Assembly: GCA_902590435.1 (NCBI GenBank)
Contig: CACIWU010000004.1
Span: 1 to 53,924 of the forward strand
Direction: 5' to 3'
Source of the DNA: an uncultured SAR324 cluster bacterium
GTDB taxonomy: Bacteria > SAR324 > NAC60-12
DNA: 53,924 nucleotides
Under the pieces are notes generated by a model. The model did no database searches. It was given only the letters and a program-made list of their open reading frames with translations, and was not told the DNA's origin. How positions within the stretch are numbered: position 1 is the first letter of the stretch; the number at the start of each line of letters is the position of its first letter. Both the position numbers and the translations under genes were made by a program. This document shows positions 37,064 to 48,321 of this stretch, piece after piece.

Positions 37064-39808
37064 TCATTCGCTAAAAAATATTCTTTTTCTTCGCTCAGAT
37101 ATAGTTCCTTGAAAATTTCTGGCAAATACTGATATTTCATTTTTTCCATTTCTCAATTTAATCTTAGTACTAAAACTAAATCCTTTCTTAAAAAATAAAT
37201 CCTCCTCATAATTGTCAACTTTTTTATCATTCTCAATATAAAAAACTTTCTTATCATTTAAATGTACATACAAATCTCGTAAATTAGAAGAGTTTTGAAC
37301 TTGACCGTTTAAAACAACTGTTTGTGAGTTTGTTACTCTACTTAAAATATTTCCATCATTGTCATTTAGATTTAACAAATTTATGATGGGTATCATTTCT
37401 TCTTTTTCAGAAAATTCTTCATTCAAGTTCCACTTCTTTACAATTATTGGATTGCCTGACTTCATGTCAACTATTTCGAGTTTTATTTTTCCAAGATTTT
37501 TGGAATTATTAATTGGTTGAAAAAGGAAAAAATCACTTTTTTCAGTACCTGGCAATAAATTTTTTAAAATAATTTTTCCTCTATTTATCCTGAATAAACC
37601 TTCAGATCCTCTAATTTTCAGCAAAACTTCTGGAAGTATTTTTTCATCCTGATTGATTAAATTAAATCTCAAGGCAATTATTTCACCTTTTTGTGTTTTA
37701 GTATCACCGTTACCTTTACTTCCATACTCTCCATTGTCATACATTTTAGTAGTAAATCCAAAAGATGGATTTGTTTTGGGTAAGAAGTTTAAATTTTTAC
37801 TTTCTGACTTTAACTGATTCATTTTATTATCAAAAAGTATAACCTCAACTAATTCTGCCTCCTCCATGTCTCCAATATTATATTTTAAATTTAATTGTTG
37901 AGAACGAGTTTCTCCAGGTAAAATTTTTCCCAAAGGGAATTCCAATCCATCTAACAAAACATTACTTGCTTTTGTAACTGCAAACAATCTATTTGCTTCC
38001 TGATTCCCAAGATTATGAATTTCAACTTTTATAACCAAAATTCCATCTGAAATTTTTTCTGATTCCCATTTAAAATTAATATCTTCAGGAAAAGGAGTTT
38101 GTGTAAACTCACTCAAGCTCCAATCAACTCCTAACTCATTAAGTTTACGATGTATTTTTCTACTTTGTACTATCTCAAATTCCCTAAATATTTTTTTAAA
38201 ATCAAAAATTATATTTTCTGGATTCCAACTCTCTAAAAACTTTATAGAAGCTTTAACAAAAATATCAGATTTTAATTTATCAATGTAAGATTTATAGCTT
38301 ATTATTTCCGATAATTTTTTGCTATTATTGCTCAAATAATTTATTCTGTAAGACACTGAATTAAGTGAGTTATTAACCAATTTATTTGCTTCGAAAAATC
38401 TAAATCTTACATCACCTAAATTTTTACCATTTTCAACAATTTCTTTTTCCAAATTATTGACATTTTCAGAAATATAAATTGGGACTAAAATAAGGGATGG
38501 CTCTACACCAATATTATGAATTGAATTGCCTGAAGGAGTTAAATATTCTCCGATAGTTAGCTTCAATCCTGATCCGTCTTTCAAATCCCAGAGTGTTTGT
38601 ACTGTACCTTTTCCGAAGCTTTTTTCTCCAATTAATATTGCCCGTTGATTCTGTTTTAAAGAAGCAGCAACTATTTCTGACGCGGAAGCACTACCTTTGT
38701 TTATAAGTACAACAAGTGGAATTTTTTCTAAAGTTTCTTCTAAAAACAATTTTTTTGATTCATGTATTTTTGAAACAGAAGGACCTATGGTGCTAACAAT
38801 TAGTTGTTTCCCAGGCAAAAATAAATCACTAACTTTGACTGCTTCTTCTAGTAAACCTCCGGGATTATTTCGTAAATCAAGTATTAATCCATCAATACCT
38901 TTCAAATCTTTTATTTTGTTTTTAACTTCTTTAGAAGTTCCTTTTTGAAAATTTTTTATTCGTATGTATCTGAAAGTTTTTTCAGCATTAACCAAATCAT
39001 ATTTAACAGCGCTTTCAACCTTGATTTCTTCTCTTAAAAGATTGAAATTTAATGTATTTGTATTACCTTTTCTAAAAACACTTAACTTCACTGTAGTCCC
39101 CAAATTACCACGTAACCTATGGAGAATTTCTTCAAGAGTCAAATACTCCGTTTTTTCATTATCAACTGCTACAATTCGATCAAGTGGTTGAAGTCCAGCT
39201 TTTGCGGCAGGACTTCCATCCATCGGCGATATTACAGTAAGATATCCATCTCTCATACCTACCACAAGTCCGACACCAGCAAAATGTCCTTCTATATTGA
39301 TATTAAAATCTCTATATATTTCACTAGGTAATAAAACTGAATATCCGTCCAATCTATTCAAAATTCCACGAACAAACACATGTTCAATTTGCAACTTTGA
39401 TAGATTGAGATTATTTTCCAATAGTATTTTCAACAATCTTTGTAATACATCCTGCAAACCTAAAATTCCATCCAATTCAGATATAGGAAGTAATATGGTT
39501 TCCTTTCCAAACACTATATTTAATTTTTGTGCGTTACCATCTGGATTAAATTTTGGAGAAATCCAGACTTCTGGAACAATTCTCTCGAGCTCGGTTAGGG
39601 CTCCACTAAGTAAAATTTTCGGATCTAATTTTTCTTGTTTTAAATAATCCAATTGTAAATGCATTAAAACCTCCGCAATCAGTAAGGATTCAGGATCATG
39701 CAATGGTGAGATGTAATTTTCATTATAACTTAACGAAGATTTGCAACCATTCAAAAGAATTGCAAAAAAAAATAACAAACTGATAAGACTATATTTTCGA
39801 GGGATCAT
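37064..39808 (-). CDS. S41 carboxyl-terminal protease (PDZ) lipoprotein with a long C-terminal Ig-like extension
   Basis: Lipobox LNGC, PDZ FAGVGL, LDLRNNPGGLL, SASASEIV and SFGKGTVQ, plus ~400 aa of extra beta-rich C-terminus. Confidence 0.88.
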   Translation of the reverse strand: MIPRKYSLISLLFFFAILLNGCKSSLSYNENYISPLHDPESLLIAEVLMHLQLDYLKQEKLDPKILLSGALTELERIVPEVWISPKFNPDGNAQKLNIVFGKETILLPISELDGILGLQDVLQRLLKILLENNLNLSKLQIEHVFVRGILNRLDGYSVLLPSEIYRDFNINIEGHFAGVGLVVGMRDGYLTVISPMDGSPAAKAGLQPLDRIVAVDNEKTEYLTLEEILHRLRGNLGTTVKLSVFRKGNTNTLNFNLLREEIKVESAVKYDLVNAEKTFRYIRIKNFQKGTSKEVKNKIKDLKGIDGLILDLRNNPGGLLEEAVKVSDLFLPGKQLIVSTIGPSVSKIHESKKLFLEETLEKIPLVVLINKGSASASEIVAASLKQNQRAILIGEKSFGKGTVQTLWDLKDGSGLKLTIGEYLTPSGNSIHNIGVEPSLILVPIYISENVNNLEKEIVENGKNLGDVRFRFFEANKLVNNSLNSVSYRINYLSNNSKKLSEIISYKSYIDKLKSDIFVKASIKFLESWNPENIIFDFKKIFREFEIVQSRKIHRKLNELGVDWSLSEFTQTPFPEDINFKWESEKISDGILVIKVEIHNLGNQEANRLFAVTKASNVLLDGLEFPLGKILPGETRSQQLNLKYNIGDMEEAELVEVILFDNKMNQLKSESKNLNFLPKTNPSFGFTTKMYDNGEYGSKGNGDTKTQKGEIIALRFNLINQDEKILPEVLLKIRGSEGLFRINRGKIILKNLLPGTEKSDFFLFQPINNSKNLGKIKLEIVDMKSGNPIIVKKWNLNEEFSEKEEMIPIINLLNLNDNDGNILSRVTNSQTVVLNGQVQNSSNLRDLYVHLNDKKVFYIENDKKVDNYEEDLFFKKGFSFSTKIKLRNGKNEISVFARNFQGTISERRKRIFFSE

Positions 39809-40064
39809 TATGTAACACTTATTAAAGTTATTTTTTAAAAAATGTAACTTTTTAATAAAACAATTAAAAATACTAACACATTTTTTAAAATGTTTTTATA
39901 TTCAATACCTAATTTAAGCTTTAGATGATTCGAAAAAGATTTTTTTAAAATTAATCTTAAAAAGTCGAGCTTTGGCTTGATATTGAATAATCCTCATGAT
40001 AGTAAAAACGCCTAATCTTAGTATTACTAGAAAATGGAATAAAAAATCACCTTATCTAATAAAC

Positions 40065-41606
40065 ATGAACATCGGTTCTCTACTTCAAAGACATGCCCTT
40101 TTTCGCTCTAATCACCTTGCTTTTGTAATTGGGAAAGAACGTTTAGACTTCTTTGAATTAAATCGTCGTGTTAATAAACTCTCAAACGCACTTCTATCTT
40201 CAGGCATTACTAAAGGTGAGAAAATGGCGACCATTCTTCCTAATTGTGAGGAATTAATGTTGCTATATTGGGCCGCTGCAAAAACAGGAATCGTTATAGT
40301 ACCTGGAAGTACCTTACTTCTTGATTCAGGGATAAAAAAGATGCTAGAAGATTCTGAATCAGTAATTGTGTTTGCTGATTCAAAATTTGAGAATACATTA
40401 AATAAGGTAAAAAAATACTTACCAAGTATTAAAAAGGAACACTGGATAATTTTAGGAGATGTAAACAAAAATTCGAAATTTCAAAATTTCAAAAATTTTA
40501 TCTCAAAATCTAATACTAAAGAACCTCCAGATGCAGAATTAAAAAATGATGATGTCTACAACATTATGTATTCAAGTGGAACAACTGGTGAACCAAAAGG
40601 AATAGTGCATACTCATTATGCGCGATCAAATTACTGCACTCACTTTGCTTCAGCTTGGCGAATGACACCAGAAAGTATAGTCCTTCACGCCGGTGCAATT
40701 GTATTTAATGGAGCTATGCTTGATTTAATGCCTTGGATGTTTCTAGGGGCTACTTACATATTGCACAAAAATTTTGAAGAAGAAAATGTTTTAAAAACTA
40801 TTGAGAAAGAAAATGTTACACATATTGTAATGGTTCCCTCTCAAATAATTAAATTGCTAAATCATCCGAGTTTTGAACCAAAAAAAATTAAATCTTTGGA
40901 AATGCTTTTAAGTGTTGGTGCACCATTATTATTTGAATATAAACAAAAAATTAATGACCTTTTGCCAGGAATTTTTTATGAACTTTATGGTGTTACAGAG
41001 GGGTTTTTTACATATTTAGATCGTGAAGATGCAATGCGCAAAATTGGTTCTGTTGGAAGCTCTCCACCATTTATTGATATTAAAATTTTTAAAGAAAACG
41101 GAAAAGAATGTAAATCAAGAGAAATCGGTGAAATATGTGGTCGTGGGCCAATGATGATGACTGGATACTATAAAAAACCTGAATTAACAAAAAAATCTAT
41201 CATTAATGGTTGGATGCATTCAGGTGATTTGGGTTATCTCGATGAAGATGGTTTTTTATATTTAGTAGATCGTTTAAAAGATATAATAATTAGTGGTGGA
41301 GTAAATATTTTCCCAAAAGATATTGAAGAAATAATAATAAATCATCCAGTAATATCTGAAGTTTCAGTATTTGGGGTCCCTCACAAAGATTGGGGTGAGA
41401 CACCAGTAGCTGCTGTTATTTTTCACCGAGGTAAAATAATTTCTAAAGAAGAATTAATTAAATGGACCAATGAAAGAGTAGATGCAAAATTTCAAAAAAT
41501 TACAGATATAAAAATATACGACTCATTCCCACGAAATATTGCAGGAAAAACACTCAAAAGAGAAATGCGTAAGTCATATTTAAAAAATAAGTTTAAACAT
41601 TTTTAG
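40065..41606 (+). CDS. AMP-forming acyl-CoA synthetase
   Basis: YSSGTTGEPKG, YGVTE, SGDLG, DRLKDIIISGG and PRNIAGK. Alternative start at 39996. Confidence 0.9.
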   Translation: MNIGSLLQRHALFRSNHLAFVIGKERLDFFELNRRVNKLSNALLSSGITKGEKMATILPNCEELMLLYWAAAKTGIVIVPGSTLLLDSGIKKMLEDSESVIVFADSKFENTLNKVKKYLPSIKKEHWIILGDVNKNSKFQNFKNFISKSNTKEPPDAELKNDDVYNIMYSSGTTGEPKGIVHTHYARSNYCTHFASAWRMTPESIVLHAGAIVFNGAMLDLMPWMFLGATYILHKNFEEENVLKTIEKENVTHIVMVPSQIIKLLNHPSFEPKKIKSLEMLLSVGAPLLFEYKQKINDLLPGIFYELYGVTEGFFTYLDREDAMRKIGSVGSSPPFIDIKIFKENGKECKSREIGEICGRGPMMMTGYYKKPELTKKSIINGWMHSGDLGYLDEDGFLYLVDRLKDIIISGGVNIFPKDIEEIIINHPVISEVSVFGVPHKDWGETPVAAVIFHRGKIISKEELIKWTNERVDAKFQKITDIKIYDSFPRNIAGKTLKREMRKSYLKNKFKHF

Positions 41607-41762
41607 TACATAAAAAAAATCTTTTAAAGTATTTTTGAGCCTCTGTCCATTTTTTTAAAACATAAAAATTGGTTAGAGGTTTTTAATTGTACATTTACAT
41701 ATAATCTCTGATAGACTGTTTTGCTAATTTGATACACTTGTATAATTATTTGCAGAGGAAAT

Positions 41763-43085
41763 TTGAACGAAAATAGATTATTCAAAAATTGGGAAAGAGC
41801 TTTAATCGTATTATTACATTTACCAAACAGATCAACCTCTGATATTAAGAATGCGATTAGTGAAATGACATCTCTGACATATTCGTTGGGTGGAAAAGTT
41901 ATTGGTAAAATTATTCAAACACGTACACAGATTGATCCTGCTTATTTTTTTGGTAAAGGTAAAATAAAAGAAATAAAGAATACAATAAAAAGAAAATCGG
42001 TAGATGCTGTACTAGTGGATAATCTTCTAGGCCCTAAACAAATACAAAATTTAGAGAAAATTTTAGAATGTGAAGTTTTGGATCGCACACAAGTAATTTT
42101 AGAGATTTTCGCAAAAAATGCTAGGACACGCGAAGCTAAACTCCAGATATATTTAGCACAATCGCAATATTTGTTACCTCGCTTAGTTGGCTTGTGGAAG
42201 CATTTGGATAGAGAGCGTGGAGGAATTGGAGCTTCTCGAGGTACAGGAGAAAAACAAATTGAGAAAGACAGACAATACCTTCGACATAGAATTACTCATT
42301 TAAAGACTCAGATAGAGCGTGTAGAGAGGGAACGCAATACTCAAAAACGTAGAAGGACTTCTTGCCTTAGAGTTAGCCTTGTTGGTTACACAAATGCTGG
42401 CAAATCAACCATTATGAATGCTTTAACAAATTCAAATCTAGTTGTAAAAGACCACTTGTTTGCCACACTTGATTCCACAACTAGACTCTTAGAAGAAGAG
42501 AGTAGACCAAAGGTGTTACTTTCTGATACGGTTGGTTTCATTGATAACCTACCACACGAATTAGTTGCAGCTTTTAGATCTACTTTATCTATAATTAGAG
42601 ATGCTGACTTACTCCTTCAAATAATTGATGCAAGCGAAAATATTGAAAAACATATAAAAACATCGGAGAATGTTTTAAAAGATCTAGAAGCACGAGCAAT
42701 TCCAATACTAAAGGTGTTTAACAAAATAGATATTATTTCAACTGAGAGATTACTATTATTGGAAAAATTATATCCAGAAGCATTTTTTGTTTCAGCATTA
42801 CAAGGTGAGTTTCTTGGCAAGAAAAATAAGTATGATTTAGTCGAAAAATTGAGAAAAAAGATACTTATATTTTTTGATGATCGCATGCAAACGAGAAGGA
42901 TTCGGCTTGACTACAAAAACTCTCAGAAATTATCCAGTATATACGAATGGAGTAAAGTAGACAAAATTGAATTTCAAGAGGAAGGTATTTTGATGACAGT
43001 AACTACAATCCCGGGAAATTTTGATCGATTACGTCATGACTTAGGTGATAAATTCACTGAATTGCAACAAAACATTAATGCATAG
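41763..43085 (+). CDS. hflX: Ribosome-splitting GTPase HflX
   Basis: GKGK, ILEIF, GYTNAGKST, LFATLD, DTVGFI and NKID. TTG start with an AGAGG RBS. Confidence 0.95.
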   Translation: MNENRLFKNWERALIVLLHLPNRSTSDIKNAISEMTSLTYSLGGKVIGKIIQTRTQIDPAYFFGKGKIKEIKNTIKRKSVDAVLVDNLLGPKQIQNLEKILECEVLDRTQVILEIFAKNARTREAKLQIYLAQSQYLLPRLVGLWKHLDRERGGIGASRGTGEKQIEKDRQYLRHRITHLKTQIERVERERNTQKRRRTSCLRVSLVGYTNAGKSTIMNALTNSNLVVKDHLFATLDSTTRLLEEESRPKVLLSDTVGFIDNLPHELVAAFRSTLSIIRDADLLLQIIDASENIEKHIKTSENVLKDLEARAIPILKVFNKIDIISTERLLLLEKLYPEAFFVSALQGEFLGKKNKYDLVEKLRKKILIFFDDRMQTRRIRLDYKNSQKLSSIYEWSKVDKIEFQEEGILMTVTTIPGNFDRLRHDLGDKFTELQQNINA

Positions 43086-43220
43086 GTTAATTGAAAAACA
43101 TTTTTATTAATTCCCCTCCTTGGAAAGAACTATCTAATTTTAGATTTATCTTTGAAAAAATTTTTACATTGAATAAAATTTATTAAGTACGTCATAATTA
43201 TTTAAATTGAGAAATTTTTT

Positions 43221-44507
43221 ATGCAAAAATTTATAGTAAAAGGAGGGAATCAACTTTCTGGAAGTATAACTCCATCAGGCAATAAAAATGAAGCCTTACC
43301 AGTATTAGCAGCAACTTTATTAGCACAGGGACCAGTTATTTTAAAAAACTTACCTGATATTCTAGATATTTCTATAATGCTTGAACTCATTAATAGTCTT
43401 GGAGTAGTTGTAAAAAGAATTGATAAACATAGTTATAGTTTTGACTCAAGTCGTCTTATATCTTCAAAACCAGATCCAGATCAAGCTGAAAAAATTAGGG
43501 GATCTTTTCTTTTAGCAGGACCATTGTTAGCTCGAAAAAATTCAATTGATTTACCTGCACCTGGAGGTGACCGAATTGGTTTAAGACCCGTAAACACGCA
43601 CCTTCTTGCTCTTGAAAAACTAGGAGCTTCTATAAGCCAAAAACCAAATGGAATCTACAAGATGCGAACTTCTGGCTTGGTAGGAAATGAAATATATTTG
43701 GACGAAGCTAGTGTTATGGCTACGGAAAATTCAATTATGGCTGCAGTTACTGCGAAGGGAAAAACCATAATCTATAATGCTGCATGTGAACCGCACGTCC
43801 AGGGACTATGTAACTTTTTGGTAATGCTAGGAGCATCAATTAAAGGAATTGGAAGTAATTTATTAGTCATTGAAGGAGTAGATGAACTTTCAGGAGGTAA
43901 CTACAACATTCAACCAGACCATACTGAAGTCGGTTCATTTATTGGGTTAGCTGCTGTGACAAAAAGTGAAATACGAATTGAGAATGCAGGAGTCAAGTAT
44001 TTGCGTATGACTTGTCTGATGTTTGAGAAACTTGGTGTAGAAATAATAATTGATGGAGATAATTTATTAATTCCGAAAAGTCAAAAACTTACTATATCAA
44101 AAAATATATCAGGAGGTATTCCAAAAATAGATGATTCACCTTGGCCTGGATTCCCGGCAGACCTAACAAGTATTATGACTGTAGTTGCAACTCAATGTAA
44201 AGGAGCTGTTTTAATATTTGAAAAAATGTTTGAAAGCCGGTTATTTTGGGTAGACAAATTAATTGAAATGGGTGCACAAATTATAATATGTGATCCTCAT
44301 CGAGCAGTTGTGTCTGGACCAACTCCACTAAGAGGGGCAAAAGTTTCTTCTCCAGATATTAGGGCTGGAATGGCTTTGTTAATAGCAGCTCTGGGTGCAA
44401 AAGGAACTACAGAAATTCAAAACATTGATCAAATTGACAGAGGTTATGAAAATATTGACCAAAGATTGAAAAGTTTGGGCGCAAAGATTGAAAGGGTAAG
44501 AGATTAA
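43221..44507 (+). CDS. murA: UDP-N-acetylglucosamine 1-carboxyvinyltransferase (Asp at the Cys115 position)
   Basis: [37 protein letters not shown] and IDRGYE. Confidence 0.95.
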   Translation: MQKFIVKGGNQLSGSITPSGNKNEALPVLAATLLAQGPVILKNLPDILDISIMLELINSLGVVVKRIDKHSYSFDSSRLISSKPDPDQAEKIRGSFLLAGPLLARKNSIDLPAPGGDRIGLRPVNTHLLALEKLGASISQKPNGIYKMRTSGLVGNEIYLDEASVMATENSIMAAVTAKGKTIIYNAACEPHVQGLCNFLVMLGASIKGIGSNLLVIEGVDELSGGNYNIQPDHTEVGSFIGLAAVTKSEIRIENAGVKYLRMTCLMFEKLGVEIIIDGDNLLIPKSQKLTISKNISGGIPKIDDSPWPGFPADLTSIMTVVATQCKGAVLIFEKMFESRLFWVDKLIEMGAQIIICDPHRAVVSGPTPLRGAKVSSPDIRAGMALLIAALGAKGTTEIQNIDQIDRGYENIDQRLKSLGAKIERVRD

Positions 44508-44515
44508 AAATAGTA

Positions 44516-46969
44516 ATGACAAAAGAAAAAATATTATCCGAAGAACAGTTAAAAGTTTTGAAGGAAGAAAAAGAGATCCTATTAAAAGTTAAGCAAGGTC
44601 TTCTAATACTTGCCGCAGAGAATAAAAAAAGTGATATAGGTAACTTACAGTTCGAAAACATTATAGAATTGAGAGACTCTCTGTCTGATACCTTGCCAGA
44701 GGACATCCCAGCATTAATGGCTCAAATGGAGAGGATGGTTTTATTACATACTCATCAAGATAAAAACAAATTTTCTTCTAATTATAATTTAAACAACCCA
44801 TATTTTGCTCATATTCGTCTCGGTGAAGAAAATAGAAAGCGTGATTTGCTGATTGGAAATCAAAACTGTTTTTCAACTCACTTACCATGTCCAATAGTTG
44901 ATTGGAAAAATGCTCCTATAAGCAAAATATTTTATCGCTATAGAGAAGGAGATGAATATGTTGAAGATATAGGTGATCGAGAAATTGAAGGGAAATTGGT
45001 AATAAGGAGAATGTTACTTATAGAAAATGGGAATTTACTCAGAATAAATTGGCCAGGAGGATTTTTAGAAAATATCTCAACAAGAAAAGAAGAAAAAAAC
45101 AATTGGCATATAGTCAATATCAATAAACCAAAGCTAGAAATTGGACCAGAAAAAACCTTGAATGAACTTAACTTGTCTGAAAATGATGACTTTTATTCTG
45201 GAAAAAAGTCAAATTTAAATTTTTCTGGATACAGAATTGATAAACATCTTAGACAAATAACTGCGCTGGTAGATCCACAACAGTTTGAACTAATAACTCA
45301 TTCAGAATCTGGAATAGTTCTTATTCAAGGTGGTGCTGGCTCTGGGAAAACAACTGTCGCACTTCACAGACTTGCCTATTTAATGTCAAAAAAACCACTA
45401 CTATTTAAACCTAAAAATGTACTTCCTGTAGTTTTTGGTCCTGCACTGGCAAACTACATGTCAAAAGTTTTACCTGCATTAGGTGTAAATGGAGTAACCC
45501 CCAAAACTTATCATAAATGGGTGTCAGTTCTACGCCGAAATGTATTGCCAGAGCTACCTTCTAAATATTCTGAAAATACACCTATGGATGTGATAGAACT
45601 AAAAAGGCATCCACTTTGGTTAAATTACTACAAAGAAGAAATTCAAGAACGTACAAAAAGTTCCCGCAAATTGTTTATAGAAAATCTTTCAACCATTGAG
45701 GAGTTTGACTTAGTTCTCGATGCGTGGGATTTTTTGGATAACTTACCTCTGATCGCTAGATTATTGAGTTTGATTAGTTGGTCAAAAGGAGAATATTTAA
45801 TAAATTCTATAAATAAACTTTCTAGTACAAGAATGAAAAAAAGACTTCAAAATATTTTAGAAAAATCTTTTCCTGAATTGTTTATAACTCCTCATTTATT
45901 AATCCCTCAAATTTGGAATGACTGCCTTGTAAACAAAGAATTACTATATAAAACTGTAGAAAATCTTGCACCTGGAGAATTCAAAGAGAGTCAACTTAAT
46001 AGTGTTTGGACTTGGTCCGTAAGGCAGTATCAAAAAAGGTTGGAAAAAACAAATCTATTAGAAAAAGATAGGGTAGAAATAGATGAGCATGGAGATGGTT
46101 TAGAAAATAAAAAACAAAATTTGTCTGATGAAAAAGCTTTTTTGGACGAAGAAGATGATACACTATTACTTTTACTATATCAATTAATTATGGGGCCCTT
46201 AAAGAGAAAAAATAACCAGATACTTAAATATTCTCATTTAATGCTAGATGAAGCCCAAGATTTTGGAGCTCTAGAATTTCAACTTTTAGTAAGTTTAACC
46301 AATGAAAATCAACCAAGTGTAACATTAGCAGGAGATTTAGATCAAAGAATAATGCTTGGTAGAAAAAATGAAACATGGGAAGAATCACTATCTCATTTGA
46401 CTTTACCAAATGGGAAAAAACCAGATGTTACTGCATTAGAACCACTAAAAATTGGATACCGTTCAACTGCTGAAATAATGGAAATTGCAAAAAATATAAT
46501 TGGCACATATAGTGTAAATACTGAGTGGAACTCTGCTCGTAATGGAGTCCCAGTTGAATTATTTAGATTCAGAGAAAGAGGTACAATGATAGCATTTCTT
46601 TCAGAAATACTTGAAGATTTAACTATTCGAGAACCTCTTGCTAGTGTAGCTGTTTTAGTTCGTTCTCAAGAAACTGCTTTATCACTATATGAAGGCTTAC
46701 AACGAACAGATATAGCTAATATTCGCCTAATTAGAGATCAAGAATTTTCATTCACACCGGGAATTGATGTGACAAATATTGCCCAAACAAAAGGACTAGA
46801 ATTTGACACTGTAATCATAGCAGATGTTGACGCGTCAACATATGGCCCTGATATTCGGTCTAGACAATTGTTATATGTTGGAGTTACTAGAGCATCTCAT
46901 CAATTGTGGCTTTTACATTGTGGCAATAAATCAAACTTGATAGCAGGAATAAAAGAAAATTCTTATTAA
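44516..46969 (+). CDS. SF1 helicase-like ATPase, HelD-like
   Basis: HelD-like N-terminus (NPYFAHI, VDWKNAPISKIFY), QGGAGSGKTTVALHRLAYL, LDEAQD, GDLDQRI, YRSTAEI, KGLEFD and LYVGVTRA. Confidence 0.8.
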   Translation: MTKEKILSEEQLKVLKEEKEILLKVKQGLLILAAENKKSDIGNLQFENIIELRDSLSDTLPEDIPALMAQMERMVLLHTHQDKNKFSSNYNLNNPYFAHIRLGEENRKRDLLIGNQNCFSTHLPCPIVDWKNAPISKIFYRYREGDEYVEDIGDREIEGKLVIRRMLLIENGNLLRINWPGGFLENISTRKEEKNNWHIVNINKPKLEIGPEKTLNELNLSENDDFYSGKKSNLNFSGYRIDKHLRQITALVDPQQFELITHSESGIVLIQGGAGSGKTTVALHRLAYLMSKKPLLFKPKNVLPVVFGPALANYMSKVLPALGVNGVTPKTYHKWVSVLRRNVLPELPSKYSENTPMDVIELKRHPLWLNYYKEEIQERTKSSRKLFIENLSTIEEFDLVLDAWDFLDNLPLIARLLSLISWSKGEYLINSINKLSSTRMKKRLQNILEKSFPELFITPHLLIPQIWNDCLVNKELLYKTVENLAPGEFKESQLNSVWTWSVRQYQKRLEKTNLLEKDRVEIDEHGDGLENKKQNLSDEKAFLDEEDDTLLLLLYQLIMGPLKRKNNQILKYSHLMLDEAQDFGALEFQLLVSLTNENQPSVTLAGDLDQRIMLGRKNETWEESLSHLTLPNGKKPDVTALEPLKIGYRSTAEIMEIAKNIIGTYSVNTEWNSARNGVPVELFRFRERGTMIAFLSEILEDLTIREPLASVAVLVRSQETALSLYEGLQRTDIANIRLIRDQEFSFTPGIDVTNIAQTKGLEFDTVIIADVDASTYGPDIRSRQLLYVGVTRASHQLWLLHCGNKSNLIAGIKENSY

Positions 46970-46997
46970 TTTTTTTAGAAAATTTTTCAGGTATTTC

Positions 46998-48272
46998 ATG
47001 AATACTAGAATTAACAAACAAATATTCAATTTAAAAGAGTCTGCTACTTTATACATTAACCAGTTAGCACTTGATTTAAGAGATAAAGGACAAAACATTT
47101 GCCACCTTGGATTTGGTGAATCTCCTTTTCCGGTTCCAAAAGCAATGCAAGATGAATTAAGCAATAATGTTCATAAAAAACATTATATTTCTGGAAATGG
47201 ACTACCTAAATTAAGAAAAGCAATTGCTAAATTCTTTAATAATAAATTTGGATACAACTACTCTTATGAGAATATTTTTATAGGACCAGGAAGTAAAGAG
47301 TTGATTTTTCAACTTGTATACTTGTTAGATGGTCCTTTGATGGTGCCCGCGCCAAGTTGGGTTAGTTACGGTCCTCATGCAACTATTAGGTCTAAAAAAT
47401 TCATTCCAATAAAAACTGATTTCGAGAATGGTTATCGTTTACAGGCTTCAGAATTGGAAAAAATTTGCAAACTTCAAAATAATAGACAAAAGATTTTAAT
47501 TCTTAATAATCCTTGCAACCCTACAGGAAGTGTACATAAGCCAGGTGAATTAAAGGATATTTCTGAAGTTTGTAGAAAACATGGTGTTATAGTTATTTCT
47601 GATGAAATATATGCACTGATAAATTTTGGAAATGAAATTTTTGAGGGAATTGCAAAATATTATCCTGAAGGTACAATTACTACTAGCGGTGTATCGAAAG
47701 CTTTTTCAGCAGGAGGGTGGCGTCTTGGCTTTGCAATGATACCAAAAGAATTAAGTATAATTGCAAAACCATTTTCAGCTTTTATCAGTGAAACTTTCAG
47801 CTGTGTAAGCGCACCTATTCAGCATGGAGTACTTCCAGCTTTTGAAAATTATGAATTAGTAAAAAATCATGTAGAAAATTGTAGAGATATTCATGGTATC
47901 GCAGGAAATTTTTTATATAAAAAATTTAAAGAAATAGGATTAAACTGTCCCAAACCGGAAGGAGCATTTTATTTGTTCCCAGACTTTGAGAATTTTAAAG
48001 AACTTTTAAATTCACGTGGGATTGTATCAAGTAATGAATTATGTAAAGTACTTTTAAAAGAAGCCCACGTCGCGCTTCTTCCTGGATCTAATTTTTATAT
48101 GAATGAAAATTTTTTTGCTGTTCGTGTAGCAAGTGTAGATTATAATGGGGCAAAAGTATTAAAGGATTTTTTAAAATATGATAAATTTAACGAAGAAACA
48201 TGTTTAAAAATATTTCCTAACTTATCAAAAGCATGCGATAATATCGATTCATGGTTGAAAAATAATGTATAA
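46998..48272 (+). CDS. PLP-dependent aminotransferase class I/II
   Basis: GFGESPFP, GSKE, NNPCNPTG, SDEIY and SKAFSAGGWRLG. Confidence 0.9.
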   Translation: MNTRINKQIFNLKESATLYINQLALDLRDKGQNICHLGFGESPFPVPKAMQDELSNNVHKKHYISGNGLPKLRKAIAKFFNNKFGYNYSYENIFIGPGSKELIFQLVYLLDGPLMVPAPSWVSYGPHATIRSKKFIPIKTDFENGYRLQASELEKICKLQNNRQKILILNNPCNPTGSVHKPGELKDISEVCRKHGVIVISDEIYALINFGNEIFEGIAKYYPEGTITTSGVSKAFSAGGWRLGFAMIPKELSIIAKPFSAFISETFSCVSAPIQHGVLPAFENYELVKNHVENCRDIHGIAGNFLYKKFKEIGLNCPKPEGAFYLFPDFENFKELLNSRGIVSSNELCKVLLKEAHVALLPGSNFYMNENFFAVRVASVDYNGAKVLKDFLKYDKFNEETCLKIFPNLSKACDNIDSWLKNNV

Positions 48273-48321
48273 AAACATCATTACATAATTCAAAATATAA
48301 TTTTTTTTAAATTACCATCTG

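Noticed and set aside
41636-41683. Imperfect hairpin between the acyl-CoA synthetase and hflX
   Set aside because: It has several mismatches and a long AT loop, so I cannot support it as a terminator or ncRNA.
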